From assembly GCA_035461765.1 (NCBI GenBank), contig DATHUY010000004.1, positions 18,368 to 82,367 of the forward strand: a DNA stretch of 64,000 nt, given 5' to 3'. Of this stretch, positions 26,641 through 34,932 are shown piece after piece (within the stretch, counting starts at the first letter, position 1; the number at the start of each line of letters is the position of its first letter). The notes beneath the pieces were generated by a model. That model made no database searches, had not been told where the DNA came from, and worked only from the letters and a program-made list of their open reading frames with translations. The translations under genes were made by a program, and so were the position numbers. Origin of the DNA: Longimicrobiales bacterium (GTDB lineage: Bacteria; Gemmatimonadota; Gemmatimonadetes; Longimicrobiales; RSA9).

Positions 26641-28185
26641 TCATGGCAGAGGGGGTGCCGCGTCCGGGTTGTCCGGGGTGAAGACACCGAACCCGTCCAG
26701 CTCCATCCGCACCACGCGCGCCCGGCGATCCAGACCGAACGTCACGAAGGCGCGGCCGAACCCTTCCCGCCGCCAGTTCGCCCGGAACGTATCGTGATGC
26801 CAGTGCTCCAGGTCCGCGATGTAGTCCGGTGCATAGCTCAGCACCAGGCGATCGCCCTCTACCGTGAGACGGACATCGCCATACAGCTCGCTCGTGTACG
26901 TTCCGGCGTAGTCTGCCAGCGTGAGCGACGGCGCGGTCCCGGTGATGCGCTCCGCCGCGGGCGCCGCTTCCGACCGCTCGCGGCTGCGTTGTGCGAGCTC
27001 GAGATACTCTGCGCTCCAGTCGCGTGCGGGCAGACCCATGAGCGCATCCAGCACGCGATACATCAGTGCGAGCTGCAGGTTGCTGCTGCCGTAGTTCGCG
27101 ATCACGATCACGCCGATGCCTTCCGACGGCACCATTCCGATCTGGGTGCGCGTCCAGTTCAGCGATCCGGAATGGTGGACGAGCTTGCGGCCGTGATAGT
27201 CCTGCACGTTCCAGCCGAGAGCATACGCGCGCAGGTTCGTGTTCGGGAACATGCGCTCGGTCGTCGTGTCCATGCGGATCACCACCTGCGGCGTGTGCAG
27301 CTCGCGCATCGTGCCCGGTGACAGCAGCCGTGTGCCCTCGTACACACCGTTGTTCAGCTGCATGCGGATCCACTGCGCCATGTCACGGACACTCGAGAAC
27401 GTCGCGCCGGCACCGCCGATGTTGTCGTAGTTGCGCCGCGGAACCGCCTGCACATTGCCGTTCACATCGGTGTGCGAGGCGGCAACGTTGTCGCGCGTCT
27501 CGACCACGGCCGCACGCGTCGTGCTGCGCATCATGCCGAGGGGCTGGAACAGCCGCCTCTCGATGAAATCGTCCCAGCTCATCCCTGAGACTGCGGCGAC
27601 TACTTCACCGGCCGCGATGTACATCACGTTATGGTAACCGTACTCCGACCGGAACCCGCTCGTGGACGGCAGGTAGCGCGCGCGGCGCAGCACCTCGGCG
27701 CGATCGAACGGACCCGCAATCCACAGATTGTCGCTCCGTGCAATGCCGCTGCGATGCGTCAGCAGGTCACGGATCGTCAGGTCGTGGGAGATGAACGGAT
27801 CTGAGAGCTGGAAAGCGGGCAGGTGCTGCGCGACGGGATCATCCCAGTCCACGCGGTCCTCGTCGACGAGCATCCCGAGCGCCGCGGCCGTCATTGCCTT
27901 CGTCGTCGAGGCGATAGCAAACAGCGTGTTTTCGTCCACCGCGCCCGGCCTGCCGAGCTCCCGTACGCCATAACCCCGCGCAAGGATCACCGAGTCGTTG
28001 CGGATGACCGCGATCGCCAGCCCGGGCACCTCCCACCGCGGCATCGCGCTCGTAATGTAGTCGTCGAGCCCCGCGAGCGGGCCCGCCTGCGCGACCGCCT
28101 CCACCGGCAGCACCAGGACGCAGAGCAGCATCAGGCCGCGAATGGGATTTGACAGCGCGGCACGGCGCCGCGGAAGGCTCGGCAT
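26641..28185 (-). CDS. serine hydrolase, beta-lactamase (class C/PBP4*-like) family, secreted
   Basis: Signal peptide LMLLCVLVLPVEAVAQA. SxxK motif in FAIASTTKAMTAAAL. Roughly 510 aa with a C-terminal extra domain. Confidence 0.82.
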   Translation of the reverse strand: MPSLPRRRAALSNPIRGLMLLCVLVLPVEAVAQAGPLAGLDDYITSAMPRWEVPGLAIAVIRNDSVILARGYGVRELGRPGAVDENTLFAIASTTKAMTAAALGMLVDEDRVDWDDPVAQHLPAFQLSDPFISHDLTIRDLLTHRSGIARSDNLWIAGPFDRAEVLRRARYLPSTSGFRSEYGYHNVMYIAAGEVVAAVSGMSWDDFIERRLFQPLGMMRSTTRAAVVETRDNVAASHTDVNGNVQAVPRRNYDNIGGAGATFSSVRDMAQWIRMQLNNGVYEGTRLLSPGTMRELHTPQVVIRMDTTTERMFPNTNLRAYALGWNVQDYHGRKLVHHSGSLNWTRTQIGMVPSEGIGVIVIANYGSSNLQLALMYRVLDALMGLPARDWSAEYLELAQRSRERSEAAPAAERITGTAPSLTLADYAGTYTSELYGDVRLTVEGDRLVLSYAPDYIADLEHWHHDTFRANWRREGFGRAFVTFGLDRRARVVRMELDGFGVFTPDNPDAAPPLP

Positions 28186-28313
28186 CGGGATCCTCCGTCG
28201 ATGTCTCAGGGGCCGCAGGGCAGGGGCCCGCGATTTTCACAACCTGAGGGGCGGTGTAACCAGGCGCAATGGCGCGCCCGTGGCAGGCCTGGCTGACAGC
28301 CGCCCGCCGCGAT

Positions 28314-28485
28314 GAACGGCCGAAACGGCCGCACGCGCACGCGCACTCGCACGCGGGCGGGGGCGTCATTTGCTGGATGATATTGCCGCCGGCGGTCTGG
28401 CCCTGTGGCGGTCTGCCGGCGGGGAAGCTGCGCGAAATCCCGCGTGCGTGTGCGCGTCCGCGTGCGCGTGCGGCCGTTTCCGTTC
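28314..28485. repeat. long inverted repeat with (GCGCAC)n-type 6-nt periodic arms in a divergent promoter region
   Basis: Left arm 28314-28357 is GAACGGCCGAAACGGCCGCACGCGCACGCGCACTCGCACGCGGG. Right arm 28439-28485 is CCCGCGTGCGTGTGCGCGTCCGCGTGCGCGTGCGGCCGTTTCCGTTC (reverse complement nearly identical). The 81-nt spacer contains GGCGGTCTG twice. Confidence 0.8.
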
Positions 28486-28604
28486 CCCCATCTCGATAAC
28501 CCGACGCCGGGAGGCACTGGACGGCACACGGCTTCGTGCCTATCCTCCAGATGAAGCGATGTGCGGTGGCAGGGCCTTCCTCCCCCACAATCAGGAGCCG
28601 CGCC

Positions 28605-30410
28605 ATGCGGCCGACGGACGTTACCGACCCCGCGTATTACCATCGTGTGGTGGACTGCCAGTGGGCGTGTCCGGCACACACGAACGTGCCCGGCTACATC
28701 CGCGAGATCGCGCAGGGCCGCTTCACCGAGGCGTACCTGCTCAATCGTGAGTCGAACGTGTTCCCCGGCATTCTCGGGCGCACATGCGACCGACCCTGCG
28801 AGCCGGCATGCCGGCGCACCCGCGTCGATGGCAAGCCGGTCGCGATCTGCCGCCTGAAGCGCGTCGCCGCGGATCACCGCGACGACATCTCGGCAATGCT
28901 GCCCACCGCCCCGCCGGTGAAGAACGGGAAGCGTATTGCGTGTGTCGGCGCAGGGCCGGCGTCGCTCACGCTCGCCAACGATCTCATCCCGATCGGCTAC
29001 GACGTCACGATCTTCGAGAAGCTGCCGCGTCCCGGCGGGCTCATGCGCACGAACATCCCGTCGTTCCGCCTGCCGGCCAGCGTGCTGGATGAGGAGATCG
29101 GCTACATCGTGGACATGGGCGTCGACCTGCGCCTGAACACGCCCGTCGACAGCATGGAGTCCCTGCTGCGCGAGGGGTACGATGCGATCTTCGTCGGCAG
29201 CGGTGCGCCCCGCGGCAAGGACCTGGACATCCCGGGCCGCCATGACAGCGACCGCATCCTGATCGGCATCGACTTCCTCGAGTCCGTGCATTTCGGCCAC
29301 GTCACGGCGATCGAGCCGCGCGTTCTCATCATCGGCGTCGGCAACACGGCCATGGACTGCTGCCGTACTGTCAAGCGCATCGGCGCCACGGACGTTAAGG
29401 TGATGGCGCGCCGCGGCCGCCAGCACTTCAAGGCGTCACCGTGGGAGCTCGAGGATGCGGAGGAGGAGCTGGTCGAGATCGTCGAGAACCACGCGCCGCG
29501 CCGCTTCGTGATCGAGGACGGGAAACTCGTCGGCATGGAGTTCGACCGCGTCGAGTGGTATGACGACAACGGCCGGCAGAAGAGCCGCACGCTCGAGACC
29601 GTCACCATCCCGTGCGACGCCGTCATCCTCGCGATCGGTCAGGATAACGCGTTCCCGTGGATCGAGCGCGACATCGGCATCGAGTTCGGCGACTGGGACA
29701 TGCCCGTCGTCGACAAGGTGACGTTCCAGAGCACGCTGGCCGGCGTCTTCTTCGGTGGCGACGCCGCGTGGGGGCCCGAGAATATCATCTGGGCCGTAGA
29801 GCACGGGCACCAGGCCGCGATCTCCGTGCATCTGCATTGCACCGGCTCACCGCTCACGGAACGCCCGCCGCAGGGCATGAACCTGCTCAGCGAGAAGATG
29901 GGGCTGCACCAGTGGTCGTACAGCAACGCTTACAGCGCGGCGTCGCGTGCGAAGATGGTGCATGTCGATCTCGAGCAGCGCTTCCGCGACCTCGGTGTCG
30001 AGGTGGAACTGGGGTTCGATCCCGCTCAGACAGCCGCCGAAGTGCAGCGCTGCCTGAACTGCGACATCCAGACCCATTTCACCGCCGAGCTGTGCATCGA
30101 ATGCGACGCCTGTATCGACATCTGCCCCGTGGACTGCCTCACGATCACGTATCCGGGCGAGGAAGCGGACCTGCGTACACGCCTGACCGCCGTCACGGCG
30201 CACCCGGAGCAGCCGCTGTACGTCTCCGCCAGCCTCCCGCAGACCGCACGCGTCATGGTCAAGGATGAAGACGTCTGCGTCCACTGCGGGCTCTGCGCCG
30301 AGCGCTGCCCGACGGCGGCGTGGGACATGAGGCGGTTCGAGCTGCTCATGCCGTACGCAGGCGTGCCCGCGGGAGCGGCGAAGTACCCACCCCTGCCGGT
30401 TCTCACATGA
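28605..30410 (+). CDS. GltD/NfnB-like FAD/NAD(P)H oxidoreductase fused to a 2x[4Fe-4S] ferredoxin domain
   Basis: Lies in ORF 28536..30410. ATG 28605 is preceded by CAGGAG. N-terminal Cys cluster: CQWACPAHTNVPGYI..CDRPCEPACRR. Dinucleotide folds: IACVGAGPASL, VLIIGVGNTAMDC. C-terminal ferredoxin motifs: CLNCDIQ..CIECDACIDICP and CVHCGLCAERCP. Confidence 0.85.
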   Translation: MRPTDVTDPAYYHRVVDCQWACPAHTNVPGYIREIAQGRFTEAYLLNRESNVFPGILGRTCDRPCEPACRRTRVDGKPVAICRLKRVAADHRDDISAMLPTAPPVKNGKRIACVGAGPASLTLANDLIPIGYDVTIFEKLPRPGGLMRTNIPSFRLPASVLDEEIGYIVDMGVDLRLNTPVDSMESLLREGYDAIFVGSGAPRGKDLDIPGRHDSDRILIGIDFLESVHFGHVTAIEPRVLIIGVGNTAMDCCRTVKRIGATDVKVMARRGRQHFKASPWELEDAEEELVEIVENHAPRRFVIEDGKLVGMEFDRVEWYDDNGRQKSRTLETVTIPCDAVILAIGQDNAFPWIERDIGIEFGDWDMPVVDKVTFQSTLAGVFFGGDAAWGPENIIWAVEHGHQAAISVHLHCTGSPLTERPPQGMNLLSEKMGLHQWSYSNAYSAASRAKMVHVDLEQRFRDLGVEVELGFDPAQTAAEVQRCLNCDIQTHFTAELCIECDACIDICPVDCLTITYPGEEADLRTRLTAVTAHPEQPLYVSASLPQTARVMVKDEDVCVHCGLCAERCPTAAWDMRRFELLMPYAGVPAGAAKYPPLPVLT

Positions 30411-32401
30411 TTGCTGAGCATCTCGCGAACGCAGTGCCACTCGACAATGACGGGCGCCCCACAGCGAAGGTGAACGACTTTGCCTTCCGCATCGCGACCG
30501 TCAACGGCACAGGCTCCGCCAGTGCGAACGGCCTGCTCCTCCAGGCGATCTTCCGCATGGGGATTCCCGTGTCGGGTAAGAACGTGTTCCCCTCGAACAT
30601 TCAGGGACTGCCGACCTGGTACGAGATCCGGGTGAACCATAGCGGCCACGTCGCACGCACGCCGCGGTTCGATCTCGTCGTCGCGATGAACAACGCGACA
30701 TACGGCCGCGACCTCGCCGAGCTGCACCCCGGTGCATACGTGCTGTTCGACTCGTCCTGGCCCATGCCGGAAGCGTTGCAGCGGGCGGACCTCAACTACC
30801 TCGGCGTTCCGATCGCACGGCTCTGCGCTGACGCGTTCTCCGGCGGACGCGAGCGCCTGCTGCTCGGCAACATCGCATACGTCGGCGCGCTCGCCGCGCT
30901 CTTCGATATCCCGCTCGATGTCATCGATACGCTGCTTGGCGAGCAGTTCGCGAAGAAGAAGAAACTCCTCGATGCGAACCACGTCGCCGTGCGCCTCGGT
31001 CATGACTATGCGACTTCGCATTTCCAGTGTCCGCTGCCGATCCGGCTGCAGGCCATGCCCGCCACCGATGACCACGTGCTGATCGATGGCAATACGGCCG
31101 CTGCCCTCGGCTGCGTCTATGCCGGCGCCACCGTGGGCGCCTGGTATCCGATCACGCCCGCGACATCGCTCATGGACGCGTTCCGCGCCTTCTGCGCGCG
31201 ATACCGGCGCGACCCGGCGACGGGCGAGAACCTGTACCATATCGCGCAGGCGGAGGACGAGCTGGCTGCGGCCGGCATCGTGATCGGTGCGAGCTGGGCG
31301 GGTGCACGATCGTTCACGCCGACGAGCGGCCCCGGCATCTCGCTCATGTCCGAGTTCATCGGCCTCGCCTACTACGCCGAGGTGCCGGCGGTCTTCTTCG
31401 ATATCCAGCGCACGGGCCCATCCACGGGCATGCCGACCCGGACGCAGCAGGGCGACCTGATGCTGACGGCGTACGCGTCGCACGGCGATACGAAGCACAT
31501 CGTGCTCTACCCGGGCGATCCCGGCGAATGCTTCACCATGGCCGTCGCCGCGTTCGATCTCGCCGAGCGTTTCCAGACGCCTGTGTTCGTGCTCAGCGAC
31601 CTCGACATCGCGATGAACGACTGGCGCTGCCCCCGCTTCACGTGGGACGACGCATACCGCCCCGATCGCGGCAAGGTGCTGACCGCCGCGGAGCTCGAGC
31701 AACTGCCTCAGTACTTTCGCTACCTGGACGTGGACGGCGACGGCATCGCGGCCCGCACGCTGCCGGGTGTGCACCCGCGCGGGGCGTATTTCACGCGCGG
31801 CTCCGGCCACACGAAGCTCGGCACGTACACCGAGGACGCCGACGACTACGTCGAGGTCATGGAGCGACTCGCACAAAAGATCGACAGCGCGGGCGCCGCT
31901 GTACCCGCGGCCGTGATCCGGCGCAGCACGCCGGACATCGCGGCGCACATCGGCCTCGTGTCGCTCGGCAGCTGTGACGCGGCGGTTCGCGAAGCTGTCG
32001 ACGTGATGGCGGGCGGCGGACTGGGCGTCGACTACATGCGGATCCGTGGTTTCCCGTTCGGCGCGGAAGTCGAGACGTTCCTGCTCGAGCACGAGACGGT
32101 GTTCGTCATCGAGCAGAACCGCGACGGGCAGCTGCGCAGTCTGCTGTTGCTCGAGACGGCTGCGACGAAGGAGCGGCTCAAGTCGATCTGCGTATACGGC
32201 GGCATACCGCTGGCCGCGGAGGACGTCGTCAGGGGAGTGCTCGGTGAGGCCGCGGCGCTGAGTGGTGGAGCCGGCTCCGCCCTGCGCCCCGCCCCGGACG
32301 CACCGGGAGCCCCGGCGCACACCCTTGCGGCACCGGGTAACCCGGGCGTCACCGCAACCCGGCGCGCGGGATCTCCAGCCACGGAGTCTCATTCACCATG
32401 A
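30407..32401 (+). CDS. korA: 2-oxoacid:acceptor oxidoreductase subunit alpha (fused gamma-alpha type)
   Basis: ATG 30407 overlaps the upstream stop (ATGA). FRIATVNGTGSASANGLL..GKNVFPSNIQG is the gamma/POR domain. GNTAAALGCVYAGATVGAWYPITPATS is the alpha domain. The C-terminal 50 aa are low-complexity. Confidence 0.88.
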   Translation: MIAEHLANAVPLDNDGRPTAKVNDFAFRIATVNGTGSASANGLLLQAIFRMGIPVSGKNVFPSNIQGLPTWYEIRVNHSGHVARTPRFDLVVAMNNATYGRDLAELHPGAYVLFDSSWPMPEALQRADLNYLGVPIARLCADAFSGGRERLLLGNIAYVGALAALFDIPLDVIDTLLGEQFAKKKKLLDANHVAVRLGHDYATSHFQCPLPIRLQAMPATDDHVLIDGNTAAALGCVYAGATVGAWYPITPATSLMDAFRAFCARYRRDPATGENLYHIAQAEDELAAAGIVIGASWAGARSFTPTSGPGISLMSEFIGLAYYAEVPAVFFDIQRTGPSTGMPTRTQQGDLMLTAYASHGDTKHIVLYPGDPGECFTMAVAAFDLAERFQTPVFVLSDLDIAMNDWRCPRFTWDDAYRPDRGKVLTAAELEQLPQYFRYLDVDGDGIAARTLPGVHPRGAYFTRGSGHTKLGTYTEDADDYVEVMERLAQKIDSAGAAVPAAVIRRSTPDIAAHIGLVSLGSCDAAVREAVDVMAGGGLGVDYMRIRGFPFGAEVETFLLEHETVFVIEQNRDGQLRSLLLLETAATKERLKSICVYGGIPLAAEDVVRGVLGEAAALSGGAGSALRPAPDAPGAPAHTLAAPGNPGVTATRRAGSPATESHSP

Positions 32402-33510
32402 CGACGTCGATCCCGAAGCCCCGCGTCCACCATCCCGGCCTCGAGCGCAATGCGATCGGCCTCACGCGGCGCGATTACGAGGGCGCGATGTCCACGCTGT
32501 GCGCCGGCTGCGGCCATGATTCCGTGACGGCAGCGATCATTCGCGCGTTCTGGGAGCTGAGCATCCCGCCGCACAAGGTCGCGAAGCTCAGCGGCATCGG
32601 CTGTTCGTCGAAGACACCGACGTACTTCCTGCGCGAGGCGCACGGCTTCAACTCGGTGCACGGACGCATGCCGTCCATCGCTACGGGCGCCGGTGCCGCG
32701 AATCGCGAGCTCATCATGATCGGGATCTCCGGTGACGGCGACTCGCTGTCGATCGGGCTCGGCCAGTTCTGCCATGCCATGCGTCGCGGCGTGCGCATGC
32801 TCTATGTCCTCGAGAACAACGGCGTCTACGGCCTCACGAAGGGACAGTTCTCCGCGTCCGCCGACATCGGTACGAAGGCAAAGCGGGGCCAGGTGAATCG
32901 CAACGCGCCCATCGATCCCGTGCTCCTGGCGCTCTCGCTCGGCGCCACGTTCGTCGCGCGCGGCTTCTCCGGCGACAAGGAGCAGCTCGTGCCCATCCTC
33001 AAGGCGGGTCTCGCGCACAGAGGCTTCGCTTTCGTCGACGTCATCTCGCCGTGCGTTACGTTCAACGACCACGAGGGCTCCACCAAGAGCTACCGCTTCA
33101 CGCGCGCGCACATGAAGGAAGTCGTCTCCGCCGACTTCGTCGACGCCGTTCCAGGAGGCTCCAACGGTGACGGCATGGCCGCCCCGGACCTCGTCCCGAT
33201 CCGGACCGAGATCACCGCCGCCTACGCACCCGGCAGCACCCACGACGTGCGCATGCACGACGGCAGCACCGTCCGCCTGCGCAAGGTCGCCGACGACTTC
33301 GAGCCGGGCGACCGCGATGCCGTCTACGCCTATGTCCGCGAGCGTCAGCAGGCCGGCGAGATCCCCACGGGCCTGCTCTACATGCAGCCCGATGCGGCCG
33401 ACATGCACGAAATGGAAGGCACCACGGATACGCCGCTGACGACGATCGATTACGAGGCGCTGTGCCCTGGAGCCGACGCGCTCGATTCACTCATGGACGA
33501 GTTCAGGTAG
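32398..33510 (+). CDS. korB: 2-oxoacid:ferredoxin oxidoreductase subunit beta (TPP-binding)
   Basis: ATGA overlap with korA. CAGCGHDSV, GIGCSSK and GDGDSLSIGLGQF..NNGVYGLTKGQ are beta-subunit TPP/Fe-S motifs. Confidence 0.9.
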   Translation: MTTSIPKPRVHHPGLERNAIGLTRRDYEGAMSTLCAGCGHDSVTAAIIRAFWELSIPPHKVAKLSGIGCSSKTPTYFLREAHGFNSVHGRMPSIATGAGAANRELIMIGISGDGDSLSIGLGQFCHAMRRGVRMLYVLENNGVYGLTKGQFSASADIGTKAKRGQVNRNAPIDPVLLALSLGATFVARGFSGDKEQLVPILKAGLAHRGFAFVDVISPCVTFNDHEGSTKSYRFTRAHMKEVVSADFVDAVPGGSNGDGMAAPDLVPIRTEITAAYAPGSTHDVRMHDGSTVRLRKVADDFEPGDRDAVYAYVRERQQAGEIPTGLLYMQPDAADMHEMEGTTDTPLTTIDYEALCPGADALDSLMDEFR

Positions 33511-33519
33511 GCGACCCGT

Positions 33520-34221
33520 TCAGTCGGCCGGATACTCCCTCTTCTCATAGACCTGCGCGATCCGGGTACCATCCCAGACGTACGTCAGATGCAGCGATGC
33601 GCGGCATGTGCGGATCCGGCGCGGCCGGAAGATCGCCACGCACTGACCGCCGTCATGGCGCACGCTGTCGTACGCGATGCCGTCACTGCCCTCCCCGCGC
33701 AGCCGGGCCGCCAGTCCCTGCGATGCGCCGTAGTCCTCGGGGTCATAGATGTCGGGGAGCGTGTCGCGGCGCCCGCGCAGGTCGTGCAGGCGCGCGTCCA
33801 GCTCCGCCTCCAGCACCCGCATGTCGAGCTCCATCGGCCGCTCCCGCGTCGCCAGCATGAACTTCGCACGATGATAGCTGCTCTCCGCGATCGCCGTTTC
33901 CAGTGCACGCGCCGCGTAGTACGCGCCCAGCCGCCCATCGTTGAAGCGCGCGCCGGCCGGCGCGGGGTGCGTGAACGCCGCCATCACGTATCCCGCACCC
34001 GGGCCGGCCACACGCTCCGCCGCGGGCACCATGTGGATCTGCCCCAGCTGGTCACGCAGCCGGTCGTTCGTCAGTGACTCCAGCTCGTGCACGGCGGCCA
34101 GGTCCTCCGCACCCGCCACCCGCTCGAACAGGTCGATCGGCGGAAAACGGCTCGGGATGATGCGGTAACACGTCCGCCACCGGACCCGGCGCCGCGGCGG
34201 CTCTGTGGGCTTCAGCTCCAT
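33520..34221 (-). CDS. RES domain toxin (MbcT/ParT-like NAD+-targeting family)
   Basis: WRTCYRIIPSRFPPIDLFERV.. is the N-terminal extension. RES core: GARFNDGRLGAYYAARALETAIAESSYH ... GIAYDSVRHDGGQCVAIFRP (R..E..S order). Confidence 0.85.
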   Translation of the reverse strand: MELKPTEPPRRRVRWRTCYRIIPSRFPPIDLFERVAGAEDLAAVHELESLTNDRLRDQLGQIHMVPAAERVAGPGAGYVMAAFTHPAPAGARFNDGRLGAYYAARALETAIAESSYHRAKFMLATRERPMELDMRVLEAELDARLHDLRGRRDTLPDIYDPEDYGASQGLAARLRGEGSDGIAYDSVRHDGGQCVAIFRPRRIRTCRASLHLTYVWDGTRIAQVYEKREYPAD

Positions 34222-34224
34222 CCC

Positions 34225-34623
34225 TCAGCCGCCCCGCTCCGCATCCAGGTAACGCCGAACTTCATAGAGGTCGGAGACGTTTCCCGACAGCATTCGCTCC
34301 AGCGCACTCCGTCCGCCAAACGGCGGCGCATCGTTCGGCCGCCGCACCCACGTGTCAGCCGCCTCTTCGTCCGGCAGCAGCAGCTGCAGATCCTTGTAGA
34401 TCCCCAGCACGTACGAGATCCGCTCCAGCACGTCGCGCGGCAGCGACTCCACACCCTCACGCTTCCACTTGAAATATGTCGACCGCGCCGGCGACCCGAG
34501 CAGCGTGATCTGTTCTTCAACGCTCAGATCCCACAGTCCGGCAATTCGGAAGAACGTCCGTAAGCCGGCCTGCGCCATCTGCGGTTCAGTGACCGGCCGG
34601 TCTGATGCTGCGGGCAATGCCAT
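34225..34623 (-). CDS. Xre/MbcA/ParS-type antitoxin (DUF2384)
   Basis: ATG 34623 has GGAGG 5 nt upstream (the ORF track starts at GTG 34635). LSVEEQITLLGSPARSTYFKWKREG ... APPFGGRSALERMLSGNVSDLYEVRRYLD is the DUF2384 pattern. The stop is 3 nt from the RES start. Confidence 0.85.
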   Translation of the reverse strand: MALPAASDRPVTEPQMAQAGLRTFFRIAGLWDLSVEEQITLLGSPARSTYFKWKREGVESLPRDVLERISYVLGIYKDLQLLLPDEEAADTWVRRPNDAPPFGGRSALERMLSGNVSDLYEVRRYLDAERGG

Positions 34624-34658
34624 GTCGGCCTCCACAGTACATAATGAGACTACACCGG

Positions 34659-34688
34659 AATATAGTACATATATGAATTATGCGTCAA
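34659..34688 (-). promoter_or_regulatory. candidate sigma70-type promoter/operator of the RES-Xre operon
   Basis: Minus strand reads TTGACG (34688-34683) - 18 nt - TATATT (34664-34659) in the only AT-rich patch of the region. An 8-bp direct repeat AGTACATA (34636-34643 and 34664-34671) flanks or overlaps it. Confidence 0.35.
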
Positions 34689-34932
34689 ACTGCGCCTCTG
34701 GGCTGTTGAGCGCACAGGGGACCTCGGAAGTGACCCGGCAACATTTTCGGACGGTCCAGCACATTGTGGCCGGATTGCGAGTCGGTGCACCCGTGCCTCA
34801 TCGTTCCCGCCCGGGCCTCTATCATGTGACGGGACAAGGAGTTCCAGAGCGTGGCCGGCGTGGACGCGGGTGCGAGTCCTGCACTTGCAGAGGGCATTGG
34901 TAGTTGGATAACTCAAACGGACCTGCGCAACC

